Assembly (NCBI GenBank): GCA_013265495.1
Contig: MU058687.1
Location: 5,144,093 to 5,208,092 of the forward strand
Reading direction: 5' to 3'
DNA from: Vicugna vicugna
Lineage: Eukaryota
DNA: 64,000 nt
Each line of letters starts with the position of its first letter. Position 1 is the stretch's first letter. The translations under genes and the position numbers were made by a program. The notes beneath the pieces were generated by a model, which saw nothing but the letters and a program-made list of their open reading frames with translations, was not told the DNA's origin and did no database searches. This document shows positions 62,844 through 64,000 of this stretch, one piece after another.

Positions 62844-64000
62844 ATAATACAATTGATTTGCTCGTGTATCTGTAGTACCACTTTTTGGTATGTTTGCTTA
62901 GCCCCAAACCATTCTTCTTCCCCTGGAAAATGGGCCTTGTTGGTACTATGTAATCCAGTCTCTTGGCGATAACTGTACCTTGTACCAGGAGTAGGTGAAT
63001 GGCTTAGGCTGGGCCCATTTCTTTCGTAATATTTGGAACTGAAATCAGGAAATTCCAGTTTTATCTTGGACTCATAAGTTGAGAGGATTAAAAAACTTAG
63101 AAACTACAATTTTCCCACTTTCTGTTAAAAAGAAATAGAAGTTAATTAATCACTCATATTTATGAAGAAGTCAATCACTCACATTTGCAAAAAATTTACA
63201 AAGTGCAGGAAGTCTATGTGGTACCATTCTGAACAGCAATTATCTGGGACTTGAATTTCAAGCTTCAAAATCAGCTCCCTCTAACCATTATCACCACCTT
63301 ACTGACCTTCTCTTCAATCTCTCCATAGGTATGAAGTCAGGTACCCTGACTTTGAGATGGCTAGTTAATTGTGAACCTCTTTTATTGTAAAAGGTGAGTC
63401 TTTAATCAAACCTCAAGGGAAGTAAAGGACATGATGTTATAGAGAATAGAAAGGATATTCAAGACATAAAGACAGGGTGAACACGAATGAAGACAATCTT
63501 AACAGGAAGAAAAAGGTTTACAGAGAATTTGACTCCTAAAATTTACCAGTTTAGTGACTATTTTAATTATTAAAGGCAACTAATGATATAATGTTCCTTT
63601 TGATCTTCAAATGGCTGCATAGACATTATTTTTCTTAAAATAACAAGTATGTTTGTTGCTTTTGCTACCTACAGTGTTCCTTTGATATCCCATCTCCTTT
63701 AGCAAATCAGAAATTATGCAGAGGGCATCCCTATCATCATTCCCCAATTTGCACATGACAAACTAGGTGTGTGCATAACAAGATCTCCTCATACCTGGCG
63801 CTTCACATGCTACATATTATAGGGTCATCAGTACATGTCACAGGCATCAAGGAACCCAGCCATAACTACTTTAGCATCAAGAATTAGCTAAAAGTACCAG
63901 ATGAGATTATCTTGTAAATATTGACAACATGGTAGCAGTTTAAATGCCTGAATATTCTTTATTTGTCATCCCTGGGTAGGGAGTTGGGAAATAAAGTGGG

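Noticed and set aside
1..64000. CRISPR arrays, operons, rRNA, CpG-island promoter or processed pseudogene
   Set aside because: No regularly spaced repeats, no long host-like ORFs, no CpG island; the remaining short ORFs look like random or repeat-derived frames.

Overview
This is AT-rich mammalian nuclear DNA, almost certainly camelid (alpaca/llama/camel), judged from a tRNA-derived Vic-1-type SINE at ~60.6 kb and camelid-type L1 3' ends. I find no protein-coding gene, no functional RNA gene and no CpG island, so the window reads as intergenic or deep-intronic. A large part is transposon-derived: ancient MIR, L2, L1M, MER5/MER91 and MLT1/MLT2 elements, plus younger ERV LTRs and L1s. The only recognisable protein remnants are ERV-L gag/protease, L1 ORF2 and L2 EN/RT fragments. 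The most notable structures are: (1) a nested LTR stack at 8.4-13.5 kb, in which one LTR carries an exact 25-bp copy of sequence ~1.2 kb upstream; (2) a near-complete L2 at 36-43 kb hosting several insertions, including a deleted ERV-L provirus with a 161-codon Fv1-like gag ORF; (3) two rearranged L1s; (4) candidate regulatory sites in unique DNA (PBX-HOX/MEIS cluster at ~22.9 kb, hairpin/CRE/FOX at ~50.9 kb, CTCF core at ~29.5 kb). Repeat family names come from recalled consensus sequences, not a search, and old-element boundaries are approximate. I do not see a new biological system that the sequence alone supports.
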